Shown here: positions 1 through 9,416 of the stretch, piece after piece | Layout of the letters: the number at the start of each line of letters is the position of its first letter | Numbering within the stretch: position 1 is the first letter of the stretch | NCBI GenBank assembly: GCA_963803435.1 | Contig: CAWDML010000005.1 | Coordinates: 224,001-288,000 of the forward strand | Length of the DNA: 64,000 bases | Reading direction: 5' to 3' | From: an uncultured delta proteobacterium | GTDB lineage: Bacteria; Myxococcota; Kuafuiibacteriia; Kuafuiibacteriales; Kuafuiibacteriaceae | Notes under the pieces: model-generated | Database searches by the model: none | What the model saw: only the letters and a program-made list of their open reading frames with translations | What the model was told of the DNA's origin: nothing | Program-made: the position numbers and the translations under genes

Positions 1-1
1 G

Positions 2-337
2 CACGGCGGTGCTTTCGCCGGCGCGATGGCGCACGGGAACGGCGAGCTCGGTGTTCGCTACGCGCACGCGGACCTCGATGCGGGCGTCGGCGTCGGCTAT
101 GGGCTCGACGGTGGAGTCCACGCCGGGCTCGACGACTGGAAGCTCAAGGCCGGCTTCGATCTGAAGCTCGGCTTTGGTCCCGCGTTCGAGATCAGCCCGG
201 ACGTCGAGATCGACTTCAAGCAGATCAAGGACGACGTGGTGGATGCGGGCAAAGCGATCGGGGGCGCCGCGAAGTCCGCGTGGAACTGGTTGAGCGGCGG
301 CGACGGCGGCAAGCCCAAGGACAACAGCCTCGACTGA
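2..337 (+). CDS. Gly-rich protein, C-terminal part (5'-truncated by window)
   Basis: Frame is open from the window start (HGGAFAGAMAHG...). Gly/Ala/Val-rich region, amphipathic tail AKSAWNWL, TGA at 335-337. Confidence 0.6.
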   Translation, partial: HGGAFAGAMAHGNGELGVRYAHADLDAGVGVGYGLDGGVHAGLDDWKLKAGFDLKLGFGPAFEISPDVEIDFKQIKDDVVDAGKAIGGAAKSAWNWLSGGDGGKPKDNSLD

Positions 338-350
338 TCGGAGACCCAAC

Positions 351-1203
351 ATGTCCACCACCGAGCTCGCAAAGAGATGGGAAGCTCTGCGTACTCTGCT
401 CCGCGAGGGAGACAACCATTCGATCCGGGCGTTCGCGATCGAGCTCATCGAATCGCCTCCCGCCGACGCGGGGGCCGCCTCCGCGATGAAGGCTCAGCTC
501 GAGATTCGCGTCGGGAAAGGGAACAGTCGTACGGAAGAAGCTCCAAGCGACTTCGAAGACCCGCGCGTTGTCGTCCTACGAGAGCCTGATCCTCGGGCTG
601 CTGGAGCTCGACCAGGGTGAGGTCAAGAGCGCGACCAAGCACCTGCAGGACGCGAAGAACGGTGGCTTGAGGGATCCGAGGATCCCGGCGGCCCTGGGGC
701 GCATCGCGCTGGCGGACAATCGCCCGGACGTCGCCAAGAAGATGTTCGAGCGGGCGCTCAAGATGGATCCCCAGAGCTTCCACGCGCGCTGGTCGCTGGG
801 GATGGCCGAAGCTCGGCTCGGGGAGGTCGAGCGTGCGTTCTGCGCGTTCTCCCAGGCGGCCGTCGAGCGCCCCAAGTTCGAGCCGGCGCTGCTCGACTCC
901 GTCCGCTGCGCCGTGAAGCTCGGCCGGGCAGCCGAGGTCCTGGCGACGATCCACGTCGCAGCGTCTCGCCCCCGTGCGAGCGCCCGGGTGCGGATGGCGT
1001 ACGCGGACTGTCTGCTCGCGGTCGGCCGCATCCAGGACGCGCTCGCCGTTCTCGCGCCGCTGGCGCAGCGTTCGAAGGACGCGGGCTTCCTGTTCGAGGT
1101 GGGCAAGATCGCGATGGGGGCCGATCGGCCGAATCTGGCTCGCGCGCTCAACGCCCGCGCGGCCTCGCTCTCCAAGGCTGCGCCGGTCTCCAAGGGCGCC
1201 TGA
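351..1203 (+). CDS. TPR-repeat protein (one frameshift near 515-520)
   Basis: GGAG RBS before ATG 351. ORFs 351..620 and 568..1203 join if one base is removed from gggaaaggg. TPR-like helices (FERALKMDPQSFHARWSLG). Confidence 0.7.
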
Positions 1204-1224
1204 GAAACACCCTCGACCCTCGAC

Positions 1225-2071
1225 ATGGACGAGTACGAGGAGCTCGCCGGTGAGATCAGGAGACGCCAGGCCTTCGGGCGCTTCTTCAAGCTCGCGATCT
1301 ATTGCTCCCCGCTCCTGATGATGGGGCTCTGCTCGTACCGCTGGTTCGGTGCCGAGCTGCTCGCGACCAAGTACCGGCTCACGGATGAGCAACGCAGCGA
1401 GATCAGGGGCGCGATCGCGATCGCGCGCAGCGACGCGGGGCGGATGGATCAGGCCTACCGCGCGGCCGTCGCGTCGTCCCGAGACCTGGTTCCGCGTCCG
1501 GATCTGGGCCCGTGTCCGATCCGTCTCGGAGTCCGCCTCAAGTACACGAAGGAAGGCTGGCAGTCGCCGCAGCACAACCAGCAGTTCCCGTGGCTCGAGC
1601 TCACCCGGAGCGCGACCGCGTCGATCCCGGAGAGCTCTTGCGCGACCAGCCTTCGGATCAGCGCCGATTTTCTCGAACGCCAGCTTGCGGAGGATCTCGT
1701 CCTGGACCGATCCGGAGGGACCGAGCCTCCTGGTGGAACGCTCGCATCACCTTCTCCCGCGGGAGACGGTCGAGGTCATCCTGGTGGTCGATCGACGGCA
1801 GCAGCCGGTCACGCTGGGCACGCAGTTCATCCCGGGCGAGATCGTAGGGACCGCGTATCTGTACGATCATTCGAGCGCACGGATCCTCTGCGCCGGGCAC
1901 GTCGCGGCCCACAGCTCGGGGTCCGTCGAGTACAGCTACTACCAGCGCGGCGTGCTCGACACGTCGGCGGGTTACGCGGAGGCGAGCGACTCGATCCGAC
2001 GGGACTTCGCGATCGAAGTGGAACGGGCGATCGCGATGTCGATGGACGACCTGGCCGGTCCCGTCGAATGA
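1225..2071 (+). CDS. Membrane-anchored hypothetical protein (frameshift near 1705)
   Basis: N-terminal hydrophobic segment in the 1225 frame. Protein-like sequence continues in the 1349..2071 frame (VILVVD...TAYLYD...ILCAG). Confidence 0.6.
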
Positions 2072-2086
2072 CGGGATCCTTCAAGC

Positions 2087-3280
2087 TCAAAAGAGGACGA
2101 AGAGCCCGGCGAGGAGGAGCAGCAGCCCCCACGTCCCGGACGATCCGGAGTTTCCGGCGGTTCGGCAGCCGCACCCCTCGCCCACCGGCGCGCCTCCGCC
2201 GGTATCGCCGAGCACCGTGTAACCGTCGTCGAGGACCGCGGTCTGTCCGTCGGGGTTCCGGACCAGCACGTCGTAGACGCCGGGAGAGATGCCGGAGGGG
2301 ATCCGGGCGAGGATCGTGGTGCTGCCGGGCACCGAGACCTCGTTCGCCTGGATCGCTCCGATCATCAGATCGAGGCCGGGCTGAAAGTTGGTGCCCACGA
2401 CCGTCACGTCGACCGTCGAGTCGGTGGGGCCCTTGTCCGGAGAGATGGCGGTGATCGTGGGAGGTCCCTGGCCGCTGCCCGCGTCGCCCTTGGTCACGCC
2501 GCCGTCTTCGTCGTCGCCCCCGTCGAGCTCCGCGCCCCCGTCCGCGCGAGGGCCGCCGTCGGCCGGCGAGACGCCACCGTCGGCGTTGGTGTTGCCGGCG
2601 TCGTTCGGTACGCCGGCGTCGCCCGACTGATTGCACGGGCCGCCCGGGTCCCAGGGCGTGAGGTCCTGGTACTCGACGACCGCTCGGAGCACGAAGTCTC
2701 CGGCCGCGGGGGAGGCCGACCATCCCCCCTGCGAGGGGAGGAAGACGGTGTTCGTCCCTTGCACGCCGTCGGAGTCGAACAGGAGCGGTCGTCCTGTGAT
2801 GTTTCCTCCGGAGTCGTCGATCTGCTGCCGCAAGCAGACGCGGAAGTCGTCGGTGAGGCTCTGCGCATTGAAGAACAGGCCGGTGAATCCGTCCGCTGCG
2901 GAGGCCGGGATGCCCACGCCGGTCTCGTAGATCCGCGCGCCCGGTGTATCGTTGCCCTCCTCCGGGTAGAGCTCGAGGAGCGTCGCCACCAGGTCGCCGG
3001 ATCCGAACGCCGCTGCGAATCCCGTCAGCTGGAAGCTGGCGGCCGGCGCGGGGAAGCTGGCGCACGCGGCCTCGAGGAAGTTCTCCAGGACCACGCCGCC
3101 GGCTGCGGCTCCCGAGACGTCGAGGTTGTCGTTGCAGAGGACGTAGCGTCCCGGCTGGCTGCAGTCCGGCCCGCATTGAAAGGGCGGTACCTGGGCGAGC
3201 GCGTCCTCCCCCGCGAGACCCGAAGCCAGCGCCACGGCAGTGAGCACGGTGATCCTTCGCGCGGCGACTCCGTCCGGCAT
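2087..3280 (-). CDS. Secreted IPT/TIG-domain protein with MYXO-CTERM-like tail
   Basis: Signal peptide (ALA|Q), Asp/Gly linker, IPT motif PTITAISPDKGP...VVGTNF, C-terminal GCGCRT followed by a hydrophobic helix. Confidence 0.8.
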   Translation of the reverse strand: MPDGVAARRITVLTAVALASGLAGEDALAQVPPFQCGPDCSQPGRYVLCNDNLDVSGAAAGGVVLENFLEAACASFPAPAASFQLTGFAAAFGSGDLVATLLELYPEEGNDTPGARIYETGVGIPASAADGFTGLFFNAQSLTDDFRVCLRQQIDDSGGNITGRPLLFDSDGVQGTNTVFLPSQGGWSASPAAGDFVLRAVVEYQDLTPWDPGGPCNQSGDAGVPNDAGNTNADGGVSPADGGPRADGGAELDGGDDEDGGVTKGDAGSGQGPPTITAISPDKGPTDSTVDVTVVGTNFQPGLDLMIGAIQANEVSVPGSTTILARIPSGISPGVYDVLVRNPDGQTAVLDDGYTVLGDTGGGAPVGEGCGCRTAGNSGSSGTWGLLLLLAGLFVLF

Positions 3281-3359
3281 CGCGCCATCGTAACCCGGGG
3301 CCTCCGCGCGCAGAAGAAAGCGAGTCGGCCCGTGGTGCGAACCGGGCGGCGACCGTACG

Positions 3360-4907
3360 ATGGAGGGCGAGGTGCAGCGCGGCTACTCCATCTTTATCGC
3401 CGTGGCGCTCCTCGGCTGCGGTGACCGCGCCGTGCCGCCTCCCGAGTCCTCGCTCGTGGCCTACATCTCGCCGGACGGGGACGACGCCGATCCGGGCACG
3501 CGGGCAGCGCCCTTTCGGACCGTCGCTCGGGGTTTGAGCGAGGCGTTCGATCGTCTCGTCCTCCTCTCCGGCGTGCACACCGAGGGCGCGTTCGTCGTCG
3601 ATCGCCCGGTGCGCCTCGAGGGTGAGGGCGACGCCGCGATTGCCGGCCCCGTGCAGGTCGGAGCGGATCGGGTGGACCTCGCGCACCTGCGGGTCGACGG
3701 CGGTCTCGAGGCGCGCGCGGCAGGCGACCTGAGCATCGAGACCGCCACGATCACCGCGGGCTCGAACGCGCACGCGCTCCAGCTGGACGGAGGCTCGGCC
3801 AACCTCGCCGCCGTGGTCCTCGAGTGCGGTCGCGAGACCTGTCTCTTCGCGAGGGGCGCCACGCTTACCGTCGATCGCTGCCGCGCGACCGCGACCTCGT
3901 CGAGCACCGGGCGCATCTTCCGGCTGGTGCAGAGCCGCTCCGTCATCCGTCACACGCAGGCGCGCGGCGGGGGGACCGCTTCGTTTCAGATCGAGACGGG
4001 AGATGCCGAGCTCGCGGACGTGAGTTTGATCGGCGGATCCAACGGGCTGGTGGCGCTCGCTGGGGCGAGGGTGGCCGCCGATGAGGTGGTCGTGTCCGAG
4101 GCTGCCCGGACCAGCCTGCTCCTCCAGCGAGTCACCGCCTCGATCCAGGGCGGGCGCCTGGGCGCCACCGAAGATCTCACCGTGGGGATCTCGGGGGCCA
4201 CCGTTCACCTCGACGAGGTGCGTGTCGAGGCCTCCACCCACGGCGCGATCAGCGTCAGCGCAGCGGCGGGGGTCCGATCCGAGGTCGAGCTCTCCGGCGG
4301 CGTTGTGGGCCACGGTGCCCGGGCCGCGCTCCTGATCGACAGTGGCGACGTGATCATCCTGGGCACGCGCTTCGAAGGTCTCGCCGGCGCCGAGGGAGAC
4401 GACGCGATCACCGCGGTCGGCCCGGACGCGTCTGTCACCATCGAAGGCGCGACGTTCGAGGACTCCGGCGGCTACGGCGTCGCGCTCTACGGCGGCGCCC
4501 GTGGGACCGTCTCCGCCACCATCGCTCGTCCCGGGCTCGGCGGAATCCTGGTCGAAGGTCCGACCGTCGCGCCCGTCGTGATCGAGGGGGGCGTGATCTC
4601 GGGTTGCCGCGGGGGGAGCGGGATCGATCTCCAGTCGTCCTCGGGGACGGCCGTGCGACGCGTCCGGGTCGAGGGCTGCACAGAAGCCGGGATCCTCGCC
4701 TTCGGGGCCGATGGCTCGCTCGATGCGAGCGTCCTGATCGACAACGTTCAGTTTGGCGCGGCCGCGTTCTCTGGTGGGGTGTTGACCGTGCAGGGTTCGA
4801 CGATCTCCGGGTCACCGTTCGCGACGTTCGCCACCTGCGGCGACGGCGGCCGCGTGGAGCTCCTCGGTGACAATCGGATCACCGGGGCGACCACCGAATG
4901 CCCGTGA
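3360..4907 (+). CDS. Right-handed parallel beta-helix lipoprotein (DUF1565-like N-terminus)
   Basis: Lipobox ALLGC, motif YISPDGDDADPGTRAAPFRT, repeating beta-helix pattern. Confidence 0.75.
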   Translation: MEGEVQRGYSIFIAVALLGCGDRAVPPPESSLVAYISPDGDDADPGTRAAPFRTVARGLSEAFDRLVLLSGVHTEGAFVVDRPVRLEGEGDAAIAGPVQVGADRVDLAHLRVDGGLEARAAGDLSIETATITAGSNAHALQLDGGSANLAAVVLECGRETCLFARGATLTVDRCRATATSSSTGRIFRLVQSRSVIRHTQARGGGTASFQIETGDAELADVSLIGGSNGLVALAGARVAADEVVVSEAARTSLLLQRVTASIQGGRLGATEDLTVGISGATVHLDEVRVEASTHGAISVSAAAGVRSEVELSGGVVGHGARAALLIDSGDVIILGTRFEGLAGAEGDDAITAVGPDASVTIEGATFEDSGGYGVALYGGARGTVSATIARPGLGGILVEGPTVAPVVIEGGVISGCRGGSGIDLQSSSGTAVRRVRVEGCTEAGILAFGADGSLDASVLIDNVQFGAAAFSGGVLTVQGSTISGSPFATFATCGDGGRVELLGDNRITGATTECP

Positions 4908-4911
4908 GCGC

Positions 4912-5196
4912 CTACCCGCAGCCCCAGTGGCTCCAGTAGGCGTCGACGAATGACAATCCACGCCGATGGCAGGCGGCGACGATCTGCTCGTGGCACCGCA
5001 CCGTGATGTTCGGATAGCACAGATACGTGGGCCCGCCCCCCCAGCAGACCCCATGGCAGATGGAGCCGTCGGAGCGCACAGCGTCCGTCGTGGTGGACGT
5101 CTCGTCCTCCGGTTCGATCGCGGAGTCGTCGGGTCCACACGCCGAAAGTGCGGCCAACGCCCCCGCGAATGCCAGCATCATGAATAGCTTGTTCAT
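4912..5196 (-). CDS. Small Cys-rich lipoprotein
   Basis: GAGGG RBS, signal MNKLF...LSAC lipobox, acidic linker, then a domain with 6 Cys. Confidence 0.75.
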   Translation of the reverse strand: MNKLFMMLAFAGALAALSACGPDDSAIEPEDETSTTTDAVRSDGSICHGVCWGGGPTYLCYPNITVRCHEQIVAACHRRGLSFVDAYWSHWGCG

Positions 5197-5277
5197 CGTC
5201 CCTCTCCGTTCATGCTCGCCGTCGCAGAATCGACTCAGCGACGATTCGTGTGAGACATTCTCGGCGGACCCGATCGG

Positions 5278-6204
5278 ATGATTGTTCGCGCTCCGTTAAG
5301 AGCGTTTTGTCTCGCGACGGCTGTCGCCTTGCTCGGCACTGCCTGGGCTGCCGACGCGCTGGCACAGCCGTGCTGTGCGGGTGGGACGACGATCAGCCCG
5401 GCGCGTCTCGCGCTGCACGAGCGGGCGCTGGTCGGGGTCGCGCTCCGCTTCGACCGGAAGACCGGCGACTTCGGTCGCGACGCCGGCTACGTGCCGGTCG
5501 AGGAGGAGAGCCAGGTCGGTCTCCGTGAGGATCTGTTGATCGCGGCGCGCCTCGGCGAGCACCTGCAGGTCGGTACGTCGGTGAGCTATCTCCAGACCTG
5601 GAAGAGCTTCGACCGGGAGTCGGACTTCGGCGGTGGTCTGGGAGATCTGGCCTTCTCCGCGCGCTACGATTTCCTGGTCGCGGGCGAGCACGCGTTCCTC
5701 CCCGGCATCGCCCTCTCGAGCGGTCTCTCCGTCCCGACAGGCAAGACGGTCGATCACACGACGCATCGACTCGCGGCCGACGTGACCAGCTCGGGCTTCA
5801 CGCAGGCGACGCTCGCGCTCTCGCTGGAGGACCTCTTCTGGAGTCGCGTCTACGTGGAGGCGGCGGGCGCGTTCACGTACTGGGTCCCGCGGAGCATCGA
5901 GGACTCCCGGGTCGCGCGCCGGCCTCAGGTCAGCGTCTCACTCGGCGCCAGCTGGGCCGTGGCCGGGAGCTCCAGCGTCGGCGCCATCGGCACGCTCGAG
6001 CTGCAGGGCGCCACCGAGACCGACGGTGTGCCCTCGCCAGGATCGAACCGTCGCTCCACGACGATCGCGGTGATCGCCGGGCTGCCGCTGGGAGACTTCC
6101 GATTGCAGATGAGCGTGTTCGATACGCTGCCGATCAACGGGCTCGGTCGCAACGAGGAGGCGATGTTCGGCGTGCGGGTCGCGGTGATCCGAACGCTCCT
6201 CTGA
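5278..6204 (+). CDS. Outer-membrane beta-barrel transporter (MetA-pathway/CoxB-like)
   Basis: Signal peptide ALA|QPCCAGG, GLGDLAFSARY and GLSVPTG motifs, alternating beta-strands. Confidence 0.65.
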   Translation: MIVRAPLRAFCLATAVALLGTAWAADALAQPCCAGGTTISPARLALHERALVGVALRFDRKTGDFGRDAGYVPVEEESQVGLREDLLIAARLGEHLQVGTSVSYLQTWKSFDRESDFGGGLGDLAFSARYDFLVAGEHAFLPGIALSSGLSVPTGKTVDHTTHRLAADVTSSGFTQATLALSLEDLFWSRVYVEAAGAFTYWVPRSIEDSRVARRPQVSVSLGASWAVAGSSSVGAIGTLELQGATETDGVPSPGSNRRSTTIAVIAGLPLGDFRLQMSVFDTLPINGLGRNEEAMFGVRVAVIRTLL

Positions 6205-6210
6205 TCGTGG

Positions 6211-7587
6211 TCATCCGCCTCCAGCTTTCCCCGCCCATTCTCCGATGCGATCGATCGCCGCCGTCACCCTCGGGCACGTCCTCCTCAGGAACGCCTCGTC
6301 GAGCGGAGTGCCGGCGGGGACCGTCGCGGCCGCCTCGAGGGCCACCGTGCCGTCGAAGTCGACATAGGCGATGCGGACGGTGAGCTCCCCAGGATCGCGC
6401 CCGAAGTCGACACCTGGGAGGAAGGCGACCCCGGTCTCGTCGAGCACGCGGCGCGCCAGCGTCGGGCTGTCCGCAACGCCGCGCGCGAGGAGGCTCGGCG
6501 ACAGGGGCGTGAAGTCCGGCATCAGATAGAAGGCACCATCCGGATCGGCGACCTCGATCCCCGCGCTCCGCAGTCGGGCCGCGCACCAGCGACCGAGGGC
6601 CGACAGGATCCGGCGGGAGCCCGCGAGGTAGTCGTCGATCTCCGGCCCACCTTCGTACGCGCGCACGGCGGCGTACTGGATGGGGGCGGAGGTCGAGGTG
6701 AACGTCTCGCTCGCCACCGCGGCCATCGCGTCCCGCAGCCACTCGAGCCCGGCGGGGAACGCGAAGGTTCCGAGCCGCCAGCCGCCTGCGCCGCACCACT
6801 TGGAGAGGCCGGCGCTCACGATCGTCCCCTCTGGATAATGCTCGGCGATCGAGACGTGCGCGCCCTGGTGATCGAGCTCGCCGTAGATCTCGTCCGACAA
6901 CAGCAGCACGCCGTACTTCCTCGCCGTGGACGCGAGGGCCCGGAGCTCCGCCTCCGCGTACGTGTAGCCCGTCGGGTTGTTCGGATAGTTCAGCACCACC
7001 AAGCGCGGGCGCTCGGGCTCGACCTGACACAGCTGCTCGAGACCGTCGGCGGTGAGCCGCCACTTGTTGTCGCGGCGCGTGGCCACCCACCGGACCTGCC
7101 GGCCGATGATCTTCGCCTGCGGAGCGTAGGAGACCCAGGACGGCGCCGGGATCACCAGGTCGCCGTCGTAGACGAGCTGCAGGAGGAACATCAGCTCCTT
7201 GGATCCCGGCCCGATCAACACGCGGTCGGGCGAGACGTGAAGACCCTGCGCCCGCCGGTGGTAGCTCGCGACCGCCTCGCGCAGCGCGGGGAGCCCGACC
7301 ACCTGGAGATAGTCCTTCTGGTGCGCGTTCTGGCGGAGCGCCTCCACGACCGTCCGAGGTACCGGAAAGGGCGACTGGCCCAGGCCCAGCTTGAAGATCT
7401 CGCGGCCCTGCGCGGCGAGCGCATGGCTGAGCTCGTTGATCGCGACGGTCGCGGAGGGCTTCATCCCCCGTACGTTGAGGTTGAGGCTGGCACCGACTGG
7501 CCCGGTCGCTCGTCCCATCCCCTCCCCGTACTGCGTCGCTCGGGTCGGGGGTAGGGACTCGTACTCGTCCGGCGCTCGGGCATCCAA
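6211..7587 (-). CDS. PLP-dependent aminotransferase class I/II (start may be ~70 nt downstream)
   Basis: LNYPNNPTG, SDEIY and GLSKWCGAGGWRLG (PLP lysine) motifs. Confidence 0.92.
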   Translation of the reverse strand: MDARAPDEYESLPPTRATQYGEGMGRATGPVGASLNLNVRGMKPSATVAINELSHALAAQGREIFKLGLGQSPFPVPRTVVEALRQNAHQKDYLQVVGLPALREAVASYHRRAQGLHVSPDRVLIGPGSKELMFLLQLVYDGDLVIPAPSWVSYAPQAKIIGRQVRWVATRRDNKWRLTADGLEQLCQVEPERPRLVVLNYPNNPTGYTYAEAELRALASTARKYGVLLLSDEIYGELDHQGAHVSIAEHYPEGTIVSAGLSKWCGAGGWRLGTFAFPAGLEWLRDAMAAVASETFTSTSAPIQYAAVRAYEGGPEIDDYLAGSRRILSALGRWCAARLRSAGIEVADPDGAFYLMPDFTPLSPSLLARGVADSPTLARRVLDETGVAFLPGVDFGRDPGELTVRIAYVDFDGTVALEAAATVPAGTPLDEAFLRRTCPRVTAAIDRIGEWAGKAGGG

Positions 7588-7642
7588 CGGACGGATGGAG
7601 CAAGACGAACCCGGGAGTGTGGACGATAACCATCACGTAGAT

Positions 7643-9379
7643 ATGTCAGTCACGCTCCCACCTATTGACGGATCAGCCCCCATCAGCCGTTCGAGCCCCA
7701 AGAAGGGCGCCTCGCGGCTCCGACCCACCCTGGACGTCCCGTCCGCGCCCGCCCCGACCCCGCCGACCCGGGCGCGCTGGCCCGTCCTGAGCTGGATGAG
7801 CCGAAACCGCCTCGCGGTCACCGGCTCGATTGTCGGCGCCATGCTCTGTGGCGCGGCGCTGATCCACGGCCCCGAGCTCACGCCGAGCAATGCGGCCTTC
7901 TGCGAGGCGCAGGTGGCACGGGTGGAGGCCGCCGCCGCCTCCCCGTTCGGAGAGGCGGCCCAGGCGATGGCGAAAGACGCGCTCGCGATCACCGCGAAGG
8001 CGGAGCCGGGCCATCCGTATCTCCAATACAAGGCGGCGATCCGGATGCGGCTCGAGAAGCTCGGGTTGATCAAGGCGAGCCATGACTTCATCCACATCGA
8101 CGACGTCGACACCGAGCACGGACCTGCGGTGCTTCGTTCGGCGGTCGGCCTCGATCCGCTGGTCACGTCCATCTCCTCGACGATGAGCGTCGGCGATGTG
8201 CCTGCCGGGTTTGCGCGCGACCACCTCCGGCCCGAGCAATACCTGCGCCTCGCGAGCGAGCTCGAGCCGCAGAGCTCCGAGGGTCCCGACCTCGGGGAGG
8301 GTGAGATGCCGACGTTCGAGGCGCTGCTCCAGTCGGGCCTGCATGAGTATGAGCTGACCATCCTGGCCAAGAAGCTGCGCATCGACATGATGATCGAGCA
8401 CCGCGACGAGCTGCCTGCGAAGGCGCGCATCTTCACCAACATGTCCTGGGGATCGAGCCCCGAGGTCATCGCCATGCAGATCGCACAGCAGATGTTCATG
8501 GCGCCGCCGGACTCGGAGCTCCACCAGCTCGCCAAGCGGGTCCTGGGCGAGGAGCTCGAGGCGCCGCCGATGGGCGACGACGACGCGGAGCCCGCTCCAC
8601 CGTGCGGCGAGGGCTTCCGTGCCCAGGCGAGGATGCCGATCTGGTTTGCAAACGAGGCGGTGCCGCCCGACTACGAGAGGCTCATGAGCCAGGTCGCGAC
8701 GCTCAAGGAGCTGCTGGTGTATCCCGAGCTCAACAAGGCGCTCGCTCGGCCCGACATGAAGCGCATCGTTCAGACGGCGCGGAACGACCTGACGGCGACG
8801 TTGCGCGAGGGCCGGCGGGCTGGGATCTTGGTGTTCGAGGCGGCGGGCAACGAGTTCATGGAGGCCGACGCCGCCGGCCAGCCGGAGGGGAGCGCGTCCA
8901 CGACCGCTTACGCGCACGGGCCGATCCTCGTCGGTGCGATCGACATGGGGGAGCCGCTCGACATCCGCGACGATCGCGTCGCCGACTTCTCCTCGGAGGG
9001 GAACATCGCGTTCTCCACGCCGGGCGTCAACGTTCCCGTGTGGCTGGAGGAGGGCCGGATCGTCAATTCGAGCGGCACCAGCTTTGCGAGCCCGATCGCG
9101 CTCGAGGACGCCGCCCTCGTGGGTGCGATCGCGCCCAAGCTCTCCGTCGAGGGCATCCTGCGCGTGCTCTCGGATCCGCGGGTGGCGCTCGACATCCCGG
9201 GCACCACCCGGGACGGCGCCGGCGTCGTCGATCCGTTCGCGGCGGCCTTGGTCGCCGCCAACCCGAAGCTGACCCGCGCGCAGATCGATCGAGCGTGGCG
9301 GGAGCTCGGCGACCCGAACGCGGACATCTACCAGATCCGTGAGTCTCTTCACCTCCCTCCGATCCAGCCGGACTCCTGA
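7643..9379 (+). CDS. S8 subtilisin-like serine peptidase with N-terminal low-complexity region and TM segment
   Basis: Catalytic motifs FIHIDD, TEHG, AAGN and SGTSFASP. Confidence 0.8.
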   Translation: MSVTLPPIDGSAPISRSSPKKGASRLRPTLDVPSAPAPTPPTRARWPVLSWMSRNRLAVTGSIVGAMLCGAALIHGPELTPSNAAFCEAQVARVEAAAASPFGEAAQAMAKDALAITAKAEPGHPYLQYKAAIRMRLEKLGLIKASHDFIHIDDVDTEHGPAVLRSAVGLDPLVTSISSTMSVGDVPAGFARDHLRPEQYLRLASELEPQSSEGPDLGEGEMPTFEALLQSGLHEYELTILAKKLRIDMMIEHRDELPAKARIFTNMSWGSSPEVIAMQIAQQMFMAPPDSELHQLAKRVLGEELEAPPMGDDDAEPAPPCGEGFRAQARMPIWFANEAVPPDYERLMSQVATLKELLVYPELNKALARPDMKRIVQTARNDLTATLREGRRAGILVFEAAGNEFMEADAAGQPEGSASTTAYAHGPILVGAIDMGEPLDIRDDRVADFSSEGNIAFSTPGVNVPVWLEEGRIVNSSGTSFASPIALEDAALVGAIAPKLSVEGILRVLSDPRVALDIPGTTRDGAGVVDPFAAALVAANPKLTRAQIDRAWRELGDPNADIYQIRESLHLPPIQPDS

Positions 9380-9416
9380 CCGGCAGCGAGCGCGCCGCCT
9401 GTAGTAGATTGCAGGC

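Noticed and set aside
7601-7629. sigma28-like promoter CAAG-N17-GACGATAA before the subtilase
   Set aside because: Spacing and -35 deviate from TAAA-N15-GCCGATAA; single weak instance.
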